A DNA stretch of 64,000 nucleotides from Kiritimatiellia bacterium (GTDB lineage Bacteria > Verrucomicrobiota > Kiritimatiellia > RFP12 > UBA1067). Made by a program: the position numbers and the translations under genes. Location: NCBI GenBank assembly GCA_051884875.1, contig JBJEWD010000020.1:101011-165010 (forward strand), read 5' to 3'. Position 1 is the stretch's first letter; every line of letters begins with the position of its first letter. Positions 7,725-16,549 of the stretch are shown here, one piece after another. The notes under the pieces were generated by a model. It saw only the letters and a list, made by a program, of their open reading frames with translations. It made no database searches and had not been told where the DNA came from.

Positions 7725-8363
7725 ATGAAAGACGGAACACACGCCATCTTTGACGACCTCTTCACCCGCTACCCGATGCTCGACGGCTGTCGTTCCGACA
7801 TCGCCGCGGCCTTCGACATCCTTCTCGCCACCTATCGGGCGGGCGGCAAGGTGATGGTCTGCGGCAACGGCGGCAGCGCCAGCGACAGCGAACACCTCGT
7901 CGGCGAACTGCTGAAACGCTTCCGGCGGCACCGCGACATTCCCGAGACGCTGAAGGCGCGGCTCCGGACGCTGGGCGCCGAAGGCGAACGCCTGGCGGAA
8001 CGACTTGAGGGCGCGCTCGCCGCCGTGTCGCTCGTCTCGATGACCGGCATCCTCACGGCCTTCGCCAACGACGTCGGCTGGGACGATGCGTACGCGCAGC
8101 AGCTGTTGGGCCTGACACGCCCCGACGACACGCTGGTTGTCCTCTCGACCTCCGGGAACGCCCGCAACTGCATCGCCGCCGCCGTGTTGGCCCGCGCACT
8201 CGGCGTGAAGTCCATCGCCCTCACCGGAAGCACGGGCGGGCGCCTCCGCGACATATGCGACGTCACCCTCCGCATGCCGGCGACGGAGACCTACCGCGTC
8301 CAGGAATACCACCTGCCCGTCTACCATGCCCTCTGCGCCATGCTGGAGGCGGAGCTGTTCTGA
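7725..8363 (+). CDS. gmhA: D-sedoheptulose-7-phosphate isomerase (SIS domain)
   Basis: VMVCGNGGSASDSEHLVGEL..., ...VLSTSGNARN... and ...ALTGSTGG... are GmhA/SIS signatures. Start at ATG 7725 (MKDGTH). Confidence 0.85.
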   Translation: MKDGTHAIFDDLFTRYPMLDGCRSDIAAAFDILLATYRAGGKVMVCGNGGSASDSEHLVGELLKRFRRHRDIPETLKARLRTLGAEGERLAERLEGALAAVSLVSMTGILTAFANDVGWDDAYAQQLLGLTRPDDTLVVLSTSGNARNCIAAAVLARALGVKSIALTGSTGGRLRDICDVTLRMPATETYRVQEYHLPVYHALCAMLEAELF

Positions 8364-8450
8364 CCAACCGCCGCGCGGGGAATCTGCGGATGCGTGCGCC
8401 GTATTCGTTCTGGCGGCGCAAGCCCACACTTCAAGCAAATATCTGCTATA

Positions 8451-9593
8451 ATGGGAAGCATGAGGAAGAAAGTGCTCATCGCCCTGCGCATGGCCGGCAT
8501 CGCAGGGCAGGACAAACTCAGCGGCATTTTCCGCCACCTTGGGGACAATCACGGTTGGGACATCGCGTTCGTGCGCACGGCGGCGGAGTTCACCCCCGCG
8601 CGCGTCCGGGAGACGCTCAAGGAGACTTTTGATGGCTACATCATCTCGATTCCGGGAACGGAACCGTCGGCCACGCCGCTGGCCGGGATAGACGTTCCGA
8701 CCGTCGTGATGGACATCTACGATCCGCAGCTTTCCGCGCGGCGGAAGAACATCGTCTTCATCCGCAACTCCGCACGTGACATCGGTGCGACCGCCGCCAA
8801 CCATCTGGTCTCCACGGGCCGCTGCCGCGCCTACGCCTTCGTCCACAACCCGGCACGCATGGAATGGAGCGCCGACCGCTGCAGGGCATTTCGCGAGACC
8901 CTGCGCGAACGCGGGCTCTGGTGCCACGAACTGGCGGAGGCGGACGGTCTCGCCGGCCTCGACCGTCCGATCGGCGTCATCGCCGCGAATGACGACACGG
9001 GGTTCGACGTGCTGGAATACTGCCGTGCGCGACATTGGCGCGTGCCGGAAGACGTGATGGTGCTCGGCATCGACAACGACACGCTGATCTGCGAGAACTG
9101 CCGCCCGCGTCTCTCCTCGATCCAGCCCGACTTCGAAGAGGAGGGGTTTCTCGCCGCAAAACTCCTCGATGAGATGATGCAGGCCGATACGCCGTTTGCA
9201 CCGCGCACTTTCTACGTGGGCGTCAAGGAGGTCGTCCGCCGCGACACGACGGCGGAATCCTCGAACTCGGGGAAGCTCGTCCAGAAGGCCATGGCCTACA
9301 TTCGCAAGAACGCCCTCAAGGGGATCGGCGTCGAATCCGTCGTCCGGCATCTCGGGTGCTCGCGGCGTCTCGCGGATCTGCGGTTCAGGGAACTCCAGGG
9401 AAGGACAATCGGTGAAACGATTATCAGCCTCCGCCTCAACGAAGTGCGCCGTCGTCTGACGACCACGTGCGAAGCCATCGATTCGATTGCCCTCGCGTGC
9501 GGATACGAAAACCCGAACTACCTCAAGAATCTCTTCAAGAAGCGCTTCGGGATGACCATGCGCGATTTCCGCCGGAGCCAGCATCCGGACTAG
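8451..9593 (+). CDS. XylR-like AraC-family transcriptional regulator (periplasmic-binding-like sensor domain plus HTH)
   Basis: VPEDVMVLGIDNDTLICENCRPRLSSIQPDFEEEG matches the XylR sensor domain. The C-terminal part IALACGYENPNYLKNLFKKRFGMTMRDFR is an AraC HTH. Confidence 0.8.
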   Translation: MGSMRKKVLIALRMAGIAGQDKLSGIFRHLGDNHGWDIAFVRTAAEFTPARVRETLKETFDGYIISIPGTEPSATPLAGIDVPTVVMDIYDPQLSARRKNIVFIRNSARDIGATAANHLVSTGRCRAYAFVHNPARMEWSADRCRAFRETLRERGLWCHELAEADGLAGLDRPIGVIAANDDTGFDVLEYCRARHWRVPEDVMVLGIDNDTLICENCRPRLSSIQPDFEEEGFLAAKLLDEMMQADTPFAPRTFYVGVKEVVRRDTTAESSNSGKLVQKAMAYIRKNALKGIGVESVVRHLGCSRRLADLRFRELQGRTIGETIISLRLNEVRRRLTTTCEAIDSIALACGYENPNYLKNLFKKRFGMTMRDFRRSQHPD

Positions 9594-9713
9594 CTTCCAA
9601 CTCAATCGAAGGCGCCGCGCACGCTCCGCTTCCGGAAGAGGCAGATGCCGAACCGGTAAAGGTAGATGCCCGCTCCCCGTCCAGCGCGCCTGAGTCAACT
9701 CCAATGGGCGCGC

Positions 9714-10010
9714 CTACTCCTCGCCAAACAATTTCTTCAGGATCTGTTCCGCCGGCGTCATCGCCTTCTTCTCGTTGTTGCATCTCTTACAGCAGGGAAC
9801 GCAGTTCGAACGAACGGACTTGCCGCCACGGGCGACGGGAATGACGTGATCCATCGTCAAGTTCGCCGCCCCGACATGCCGACCGCAGTAATGGCAGACG
9901 CCCTTCTGCAACTGCGCACGCCACCAGTCCGTCTGCCGCAAGGCGCGCGCCTGTTCGCGCGCCCGTTTCGTATGAACGGGATCTGCCTGAAATTCAACAA
10001 AGTCCGACAT
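9714..10010 (-). CDS. Small HNH endonuclease-family protein
   Basis: CHYCG....LTMDHVIPVARGG....NCVPCCKRCNNEK is an HNH/zinc-ribbon motif. Start at ATG 10010 (MSDFVEF). Confidence 0.8.
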   Translation of the reverse strand: MSDFVEFQADPVHTKRAREQARALRQTDWWRAQLQKGVCHYCGRHVGAANLTMDHVIPVARGGKSVRSNCVPCCKRCNNEKKAMTPAEQILKKLFGEE

Positions 10011-10103
10011 GGCTTCTCTCCTCGTATTATCAGAACTGGCGCACCACGCCACGCCTGCCGCAGATGCAGATTCACCGCGCACGCTGTCCGCGCCAAGGGT
10101 TCC

Positions 10104-11255
10104 CTAAGGCATTTCCGATCTTCCGCAATGCACCACGAATCCTGAAGATCGTGCCGTAGACTGTCCGTAGGCGACGACTCGTCCGGCGACACGCGCCAGG
10201 GCGTCGCCGCCGGTGCCAAGGGTCTGGACGGTCGACTCCAGCCGTGCGATGGCGGCGCGGCGCGCGGCGGCATCCGTCAGCCAGGGCCGTAGCGTCTCGG
10301 CTACGGCTTCGGCGGTGAAGCCCCCCTGCAGCAGCTCCGGCATGGGTTCCGCGCCGACCTTACCGCCCTTCTCCCAGACGATATTGACCAGGCCAATGTG
10401 CGCAATCTCCCGAATCACGCGCCGGGCGAACCAGGCGAGCAGGGCGGAAACGCGATAGACGAGCACCGTCGGACAGCGCGCCAATGCCGCCTCCAAAGTC
10501 GCCGTGCCCGACGCCACGACCGCGCATTCGGCCCGGAGCAGCAGTTCACGGGCGCCGCCGAGTTGGATGGAAATGGCGCTGGATGCCGGGCACCGGGTGC
10601 GGGGCGCCGGGTGCCTGATCAGGATTGAATTGATGACGGCCTGGGCTTTTGCATTGGCGGCGGGGATGACGGCATGGACGCCCGCCGGAAGCTGCGCGAG
10701 CGCCGCAAGCATGACGGGCAGGTTGCGCGCGATCTCGCCGAGGCGACTGCCCGGCAGAAGCGCGACCAGTCCCTTCTCAAAGGCGTTGGGATCGCGCGCG
10801 CCAAAGCCCTCCACGAGGGGATGCCCGACGAACTCCGCAAAACCGGGACGGAAGAGCTGGGGTTCGAAGGGGAAGAAACAGCAGAGATGATCAAGCGCCG
10901 CCTCGATCTTCGGGATACGTCCCTTCTTCCACGCCCAGACCTGAGGGCAGACCACATGAACGGTGCGGACGCCCTTCGCCTTCGCATAGGCGGCGAGCTT
11001 GAGGTTCATTCCGGGATAGTCGATCGTGCAGACGACGTCGGGCCGCCATTCGTCAATGGCGCGCATCAGCGTCCTGCGGACGCCGAGGAAGTAGCCGAGG
11101 CGCCTCAACACCGGCCAGAACCCCATAACGGCGAGATCGGAGGTCTGAAAACCGTAGTCGGCGTAGCCGCGGATTTCGTGTCCCGCCAGCCGCGCCTTGA
11201 GGCGATCGGCGTAGATGAGCCCGGATTCCTCCCCCGCAAGCAGCAGAATCTTCAT
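10104..11255 (-). CDS. lpxB: Lipid-A-disaccharide synthase
   Basis: MKILLLAGEESGLIYADRL...DYPGMNLKLA...CPQVWAWKKGRI... is the LpxB signature. Confidence 0.9.
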   Translation of the reverse strand: MKILLLAGEESGLIYADRLKARLAGHEIRGYADYGFQTSDLAVMGFWPVLRRLGYFLGVRRTLMRAIDEWRPDVVCTIDYPGMNLKLAAYAKAKGVRTVHVVCPQVWAWKKGRIPKIEAALDHLCCFFPFEPQLFRPGFAEFVGHPLVEGFGARDPNAFEKGLVALLPGSRLGEIARNLPVMLAALAQLPAGVHAVIPAANAKAQAVINSILIRHPAPRTRCPASSAISIQLGGARELLLRAECAVVASGTATLEAALARCPTVLVYRVSALLAWFARRVIREIAHIGLVNIVWEKGGKVGAEPMPELLQGGFTAEAVAETLRPWLTDAAARRAAIARLESTVQTLGTGGDALARVAGRVVAYGQSTARSSGFVVHCGRSEMP

Positions 11256-11269
11256 CGGACGCGATCCTT

Positions 11270-12103
11270 TCACGGACGAAGGGGTGCCGGCGGCAGGCCG
11301 CTATCGACCCCGACGATGGCGATGCCCTTCGCATTCGCATAAGCAATGACGGACGCCCGGTCGAGCATGACGAGCCGCCCCGCCTGAAAGGCCAATGCCG
11401 TGGCGCCGGCCCTGTGCATCGTCTTCAGGGTCTTCAGTCCGATGACGGGAATGTCGAAGCGCATGTCGTGCCCGACGCGCGCAGCCTTGTAGACGATCGC
11501 CCCGCACCCGCCGAGCCGGCCACCGCGCCTAATGGCGGCATTCGTGCCTTCGAAGGCCTCGACGGAGAGCACCATGCCCGACTTGACCATCACGGTCTGC
11601 CCGACGTCATGATGCCCCATATCCGCGACAACCTCGGCGGCGTGAGCGACGTCGCTCGCCTCCTCTTCCGTAAAGCCGCGCGCGGTAAGCGGGCCGATCC
11701 CCGGCAGGTGATCGTCCATGAAGCAGCTCGCGGGAAGTATCGGCACGCCGACACTGGCGAACTTTTCGGCGAGCTTGCCGAAGATCGTATGGGCGGTCTT
11801 GACGCGGAGTTCGGCAAGCCACAATCTGACCTCGGGATCGAAACGGCCGCGGAAGAGGGAAAGCGGATTGACCTGACCGGCAAGGAACGCGCCCTGATAG
11901 CCGTTCGCGCCGCACCAGCGGATACCCTCGGCGATGCCGCCGAGCGTAATCCAATGGACGTTGTCCGCCGCCTTCCAGGTCGCCCGGTTGGTGGAGCCCC
12001 TGATGGCGACGCAGTCCATCTGACGGACGCCGGCCTTCTTCGCTCCCTCGATGAGCAACCGGGGATAGTTTCCCCAACCCGCGATGACGATCAGCTTGTT
12101 CAT
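11270..12103 (-). CDS. lpxI: UDP-2,3-diacylglucosamine pyrophosphatase LpxI (DUF1009)
   Basis: MNKLIVIAGWGNYPRLL..., ...GQTVMVKSGMVLSVEAFEGTNAAIRRGG... and ...RFDIPVIGLKTL... are LpxI-like. Directly upstream of lpxB. Confidence 0.8.
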   Translation of the reverse strand: MNKLIVIAGWGNYPRLLIEGAKKAGVRQMDCVAIRGSTNRATWKAADNVHWITLGGIAEGIRWCGANGYQGAFLAGQVNPLSLFRGRFDPEVRLWLAELRVKTAHTIFGKLAEKFASVGVPILPASCFMDDHLPGIGPLTARGFTEEEASDVAHAAEVVADMGHHDVGQTVMVKSGMVLSVEAFEGTNAAIRRGGRLGGCGAIVYKAARVGHDMRFDIPVIGLKTLKTMHRAGATALAFQAGRLVMLDRASVIAYANAKGIAIVGVDSGLPPAPLRP

Positions 12104-12120
12104 AGTCCTAGGCAAGCCTT

Positions 12121-13191
12121 TCAGCGCAGCGCACGGGCAATGCGCTCGTCGAGATCGTGCGCGGCCAGCGCGTCGAGCAGCGGTTCGAGCTCGCCGTCGA
12201 TGATGCGGTCGAGCGAATAAAGCGTCAGATCGATACGGTGATCGGTCATCCGGTTCTGCGGAAAATTGTAGGTGCGGATGCGCTCGGAGCGGTCGCCTGA
12301 ACCGCGCAGGCTCATGCGGTCGGCACCGAGTTTCTCCTCTTCCTGGCGGCGTCTGAGGTCGAGGATGCGCGCCTTGAGGGTCTTGAAGCACTTCTCGCGG
12401 TTGCGCTGCTGCGAGCGCTCATCCTGACAGACCGCGACAAGTCCGGTCGGCAGATGGGTCATGCGCACGGCGGACTCGGTCTTGTTGACGTGCTGGCCGC
12501 CTGCGCCGCCCGCGCAAAAGAGGTCGATGCGGATGTCCTTCTCGGGGATCTCCAGTTCATCCTCCTCGTCCGCCTCGGGAAAGACGACGACGGTCGCCGC
12601 CGACGTGTGGATTCGCCCCTGGGCTTCGGTGACGGGCACACGCTGCACGCGGTGGCCGCCCGACTCGAAGCGGAAGCGCCCGTACGCCCCTTCGCCGAGC
12701 ACCGTGAAGACGACCTCCTTATAACCGTCGAGCGACGTCGCGTTTTCGTTCATCACGGCGATCTTCCAGCCGTGCATCTCGCAGTAGCGCGAATACATGC
12801 GGAAGAGATCGCCCGCAAAAAGCGCCGCCTCATCGCCACCCGTGCCGGCGCGGATCTCCATCACCGCCGAGCGCCCTTCCAGCGGGTCGGGCGGCAGCAG
12901 CGCGGCAAGCACATGGCGTTCGGCAGCCGCAAGAGCCGCCTTCAGAGACTCCAGCTCGGCCGCCGCCTCGTCCTTGAAATCGGGATCGGCGAGCAGCTCC
13001 TCATTGCCGCGGATGTCGCCGACGATCTTGCGGTAGGTCGAATAGGCCGCTTCAAGTTTTTTGAGAAAGGCATGATCGCGCAGCGTCGCACGGTAGCGCT
13101 TCGAGTCCGATAAAACAGCCGGGTCGCTCAGGTCCGCCTCTACGGACGCCAAACGACCCAGGACGTTCTCAATCTGGTGTGAATCGATCAA
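12121..13191 (-). CDS. prfA: Peptide chain release factor 1
   Basis: The PVT tripeptide context (RVQRVPVTEAQGRIHTS) and the GGQ motif (AGGAGGQHVNKTESAVR). The likely start is TTG at 13191, 2 nt after the rpmE stop. The longer ORF to 13350 overlaps rpmE. Confidence 0.85.
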   Translation of the reverse strand: MIDSHQIENVLGRLASVEADLSDPAVLSDSKRYRATLRDHAFLKKLEAAYSTYRKIVGDIRGNEELLADPDFKDEAAAELESLKAALAAAERHVLAALLPPDPLEGRSAVMEIRAGTGGDEAALFAGDLFRMYSRYCEMHGWKIAVMNENATSLDGYKEVVFTVLGEGAYGRFRFESGGHRVQRVPVTEAQGRIHTSAATVVVFPEADEEDELEIPEKDIRIDLFCAGGAGGQHVNKTESAVRMTHLPTGLVAVCQDERSQQRNREKCFKTLKARILDLRRRQEEEKLGADRMSLRGSGDRSERIRTYNFPQNRMTDHRIDLTLYSLDRIIDGELEPLLDALAAHDLDERIARALR

Positions 13192-13193
13192 GA

Positions 13194-13400
13194 TTACTTC
13201 GCGAACTTCGCGTAGCGCTTCTTGAACGAATCGACACGGCCCTCCGTATCGACCATCGTCTTCTGCCCCGTGAAGTAGGGATGGCAGGAACTGCAGGTGT
13301 TGACCGTCATTTCCTTCTTCGTGGAGCGGGTCTTGATGACGTTGCCGCACGCGCAGGTAATGGTGGCGTCATCGTAGGTCGGATGGATGTCTTTCTTCAT
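13194..13400 (-). CDS. rpmE: 50S ribosomal protein L31
   Basis: MKKDIHPTY...CSSCHPYFTGQ...RVDSFKKRY is the canonical L31 sequence. Confidence 0.95.
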   Translation of the reverse strand: MKKDIHPTYDDATITCACGNVIKTRSTKKEMTVNTCSSCHPYFTGQKTMVDTEGRVDSFKKRYAKFAK

Positions 13401-13435
13401 ATCTCTTCTTTTCCTTTAAGAAATTGCAGGGGCAT

Positions 13436-13464
13436 ATTATACCCTTTCCGGGTTAAGATGGCAA
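13436..13464 (-). promoter_or_regulatory. Near-consensus sigma70 promoter (TTGCCA-17-TATAAT) for rpmE-prfA
   Basis: The minus strand reads TTGCCAtcttaacccggaaagggTATAAT, about 35 nt upstream of the rpmE ATG. Confidence 0.5.
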
Positions 13465-13472
13465 GGGGGCCA

Positions 13473-14375
13473 TCAATAAATCTTGATATACGACTCTTCC
13501 TTCAACCGTTCCATCCAGTCGGTGTAAAGCTTCTGCGCATTCTCGCGCTTCACGTTCTCCTCGATGTCGTCGTAGGCATCGGCAAACGTGCGCGCATGGG
13601 CGCCAATCTCGTCATCCTTCCGCAGGAGGAAGCTCCACCCATCCACCTCGACCCAGTCGGACACGGCGCCCTTCGGAATCCTGGCGATTTCGGCGCAGAC
13701 CTCGGGACGGAAGACCTCAATGGGATTGACGTCCTTCCAGACGCCGCCCTCGGCGGCATGGGTATCGGCGGAATAAGTCTTCGCCAGCTCCGCAAACGAC
13801 TTTTCCCCGAGTGCAGCCTTGACCTCCGCCCGTCTGCCGGCGTTCTCGGGCTTCAGAAGGATCACGGACACCGTGACCCGTCCCTCGGCCTGATAGCGCT
13901 CGGGATGGGACTTGTACTCGGCCTGCATTTCGGACGGCGACGCCGAGACGTTCTTGTCGATGATGTTCCAGCGCATCGCACTGACGATCATATCGTCCTT
14001 GATGCGCTGACGCCATTCGGCATAGGGGAGCTTCTGCTGGGCGAGCATCGCGACCAGTTTATTGCGGTCGCCCTCGAAACTCTTCTCGATGATCTCGCGG
14101 ATGCGGTTGTCGACCACCCACTCCTGCATCGACAGTTTCGCCGTCGCCGCCGCCTTGAGAATCAGCTGGCGCTCGATCAGCGCGTTGCGGATCTCCTCAT
14201 AATGGCTTTCGTCCGCATTCATGCGCCGCATCTCGCGGACGATGTCGCTGCGGAGGATGGACTGCGTGTCAACCGTCGCGACCACGCCATCGACTTCGAC
14301 GGAACGTCCGGACAACGGCAGCAGCATCGCCGCCGCCAGAACATACCGGCTACGCATCAACCTACAGACATTCAT
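13473..14375 (-). CDS. SurA/PrsA-like peptidyl-prolyl isomerase (parvulin domain), exported
   Basis: N-terminal signal peptide, a SurA-N-like chaperone region (ERQLILKAA), and a parvulin-like segment VSVILLKP....FAELAKTYSAD...GGVW. Confidence 0.7.
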   Translation of the reverse strand: MNVCRLMRSRYVLAAAMLLPLSGRSVEVDGVVATVDTQSILRSDIVREMRRMNADESHYEEIRNALIERQLILKAAATAKLSMQEWVVDNRIREIIEKSFEGDRNKLVAMLAQQKLPYAEWRQRIKDDMIVSAMRWNIIDKNVSASPSEMQAEYKSHPERYQAEGRVTVSVILLKPENAGRRAEVKAALGEKSFAELAKTYSADTHAAEGGVWKDVNPIEVFRPEVCAEIARIPKGAVSDWVEVDGWSFLLRKDDEIGAHARTFADAYDDIEENVKRENAQKLYTDWMERLKEESYIKIY

Positions 14376-14404
14376 CTATCTGTTCCCCGGCTTCCAGACG
14401 TCCC

Positions 14405-15691
14405 CTACAGCATCGCCGCGATGCCTGCGCCCACCATCGGGGCGTCTTCGACCTGCGGGGTAATCGCATAGTGGATGTTGCGGCGCTTGACCAGCATGTC
14501 GTCCATCTCCTTGATCACCGTCTCCGCAAAGGGAATCGCCCGGGTCTTGTAGTAGGTCGAACCATCGGCGTTGATCGCGACCGGCGCGGAGGCGTCCAGC
14601 CCCTCACCCGATTTGATGACGAACGCCGCAAGATGCACGGCGGTGAGCACCGCCGCCCGCTCGAAGACGGGAATCCCGAGACGGCGCGCCATCTTGGCGT
14701 CTTCGGCATCCTCGAAGATCCTGTCCAGCACGTTGTCGCGGCCCGGCTTCCGGTAGTTCGCGCAGAAGTTGTCGAAATCCATCGTCTCGAGGGCCCCGAG
14801 ACCGGAGATCTCCGCCGCCGCTTTCCGGGAGAAGAGGCCTTCCTTCGCGGCGGCCTTGTAGACTTCGAGACCGACCGACCCGAGATAGGCGCCCGAAATA
14901 AGCTTCTCGAAGATATGCCACCCCGGGAACGCGGTTTGGGCATCCGCCGCCTTGTCGAAGGCGCTGGTCTCGATCTTATCGAAACCGCCCGACTCGGCGT
15001 TGATGATCATCGACCCGTCCGGATCCACGCCCTTGAGCTTGAGGATGTTCCGGTTCTTCTCGACGTAGGCGGAGTTGGTCCCCGTGCCGAGGATAAAGCC
15101 GATGTAAGAGGAATAGGTCCTGTTCCCCTCGGTCGCCTTCGCCGCAAGCAGCGTCGCCACCGTGTCGTTCACAATCGCGATCTCGCCGCCGCCGAGGCGC
15201 TTCAGCAGTTCCGCCCCGACGTACTGACCCACGATCGCCGGCGCCTGGATGCCCTTTGTCCAGTGGACGAGCTTCGCGTCGAGCGCGGGTGTCGCGTCCG
15301 CCGGATAGGAGAAGCAGAAGCCGATCTTCTTCGTCGTGGCGAGCGGCTTGACGCGCTTGATTTCGTCGGCAAACGTCTTGTAGAAGGTCTCCTCGTCGAC
15401 TTCGCCCTTGGTGCCGGGCATCGGCTGGTTCCGCTTATCGCTGACGACCGGCGGAATCGTGACGACGCCGCTGCGGAAGTTCGTACCGCCCGCATCGAGG
15501 ACCGCCGCCTTCGCGCCCTGCGGAATCTTGCCGTTGACGCCCACGTAGGTCGGAATCATCAGCAGAGACGACGGCTCGCCTTTAAGCCCCTTCTCCATCT
15601 CGGAAAGAAAAGCCGAGATCAAGGCCTGGCGATCGATCTCCGCCGCCGCGACAAAACCATTCTCCTTCAAGAACTCCTCAGGCGTCTTCAT
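14405..15691 (-). CDS. Hexokinase-family sugar kinase (eukaryote-type hexokinase fold)
   Basis: LDAGGTNFR, GFCFSYP and TGTNSAY motifs match hexokinase_1/2 domains. Confidence 0.8.
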   Translation of the reverse strand: MKTPEEFLKENGFVAAAEIDRQALISAFLSEMEKGLKGEPSSLLMIPTYVGVNGKIPQGAKAAVLDAGGTNFRSGVVTIPPVVSDKRNQPMPGTKGEVDEETFYKTFADEIKRVKPLATTKKIGFCFSYPADATPALDAKLVHWTKGIQAPAIVGQYVGAELLKRLGGGEIAIVNDTVATLLAAKATEGNRTYSSYIGFILGTGTNSAYVEKNRNILKLKGVDPDGSMIINAESGGFDKIETSAFDKAADAQTAFPGWHIFEKLISGAYLGSVGLEVYKAAAKEGLFSRKAAAEISGLGALETMDFDNFCANYRKPGRDNVLDRIFEDAEDAKMARRLGIPVFERAAVLTAVHLAAFVIKSGEGLDASAPVAINADGSTYYKTRAIPFAETVIKEMDDMLVKRRNIHYAITPQVEDAPMVGAGIAAML

Positions 15692-16523
15692 GCGTCAACA
15701 ATCCTTTCACTAGGGTTATCCAATCTTCGTTTGCGAGCTCTTCGGCTCGTGCGTTAGATTGTATCAAATCTTTGAAAATACTGCCAAGCTGCTTACGGCG
15801 ATGCTCAAAGGCTTTTTTTGTCAAACGATGAAAAAGATCGCGTTCTTCGCCGGAAAGCCCAAGATTTCTTTCATGACGTATCAGCCGCACAATGGTCGAG
15901 CCGATTGCGGGACGCGGCCAGAAGCAGCTGGCCGCCACCTTGCGCACAATTTTGACGTCGTAATCGAGCTGCACCCATACACCCGCGAGCCCCCGCGTCT
16001 TCGAGCCTTCCTTTGCCGCCAGACGTTCGGCGACCTCCGTCTGAACCAGAACGGTCATCGCCGGCAGCTGCCGCGCCTGAACGAGATCGAGGAGGATGCG
16101 CGTGCCGGCCTGATAGGGCAGATTGGACACCATGCAGGCGAACGGGCCGTCGACGGCACAATTGGCCGCCGGAGCGTCCGTCCGCCGGAGATGAGGCGGC
16201 TTGAGGACCTCCAAAGCGTCGCCCGCAATGACAGTGAGCCTTGCAGGATTGCCGAGAGATTCCGCCAGACGTCCCGCCAGAACAGGATCCTTCTCGACGG
16301 CCACGACCGCGCAGCCCCGCCGCAGCATCTCCTCCGTCAGCACGCCCATTCCGGGGCCGATCTCCAGCACGCGCGCGCCAGGTTCAACGCCCTCCAGACC
16401 CGCGTTCACAATCGCCTCCCGTGCGTTGCGGTCGATGAGGAAGTTCTGCCCCAGCACCTTGTTCGGATGGAACTCGTGCTCGATGCACCACGCCTTCACT
16501 TGACTCGGACTCGTAAGATTCAT
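15678..16523 (-). CDS. rsmA: 16S rRNA (adenine1518/1519-N6)-dimethyltransferase
   Basis: LGQNFLID....VLEIGPGMGVLTE....SNLPYQ are KsgA signatures. Start at ATG 16523. Confidence 0.9.
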   Translation of the reverse strand: MNLTSPSQVKAWCIEHEFHPNKVLGQNFLIDRNAREAIVNAGLEGVEPGARVLEIGPGMGVLTEEMLRRGCAVVAVEKDPVLAGRLAESLGNPARLTVIAGDALEVLKPPHLRRTDAPAANCAVDGPFACMVSNLPYQAGTRILLDLVQARQLPAMTVLVQTEVAERLAAKEGSKTRGLAGVWVQLDYDVKIVRKVAASCFWPRPAIGSTIVRLIRHERNLGLSGEERDLFHRLTKKAFEHRRKQLGSIFKDLIQSNARAEELANEDWITLVKGLLTHEDA

Positions 16524-16549
16524 GCTCCCTCCGCTCTCCGGGATCCCTG

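Noticed and set aside
9714-10010. The lone HNH endonuclease as part of a defence or mobile system.
   Set aside because: It is a small, widespread stand-alone HNH family protein in the lpxI-lpxB operon context. It has no partner genes, repeats or compositional anomaly.
12121-13350. A programmed frameshift or unusual recoding in the release-factor gene.
   Set aside because: The protein is RF1 (PVT context), not RF2. The apparent 5' extension merely overlaps rpmE. A TTG at 13191 gives a normal-length RF1.
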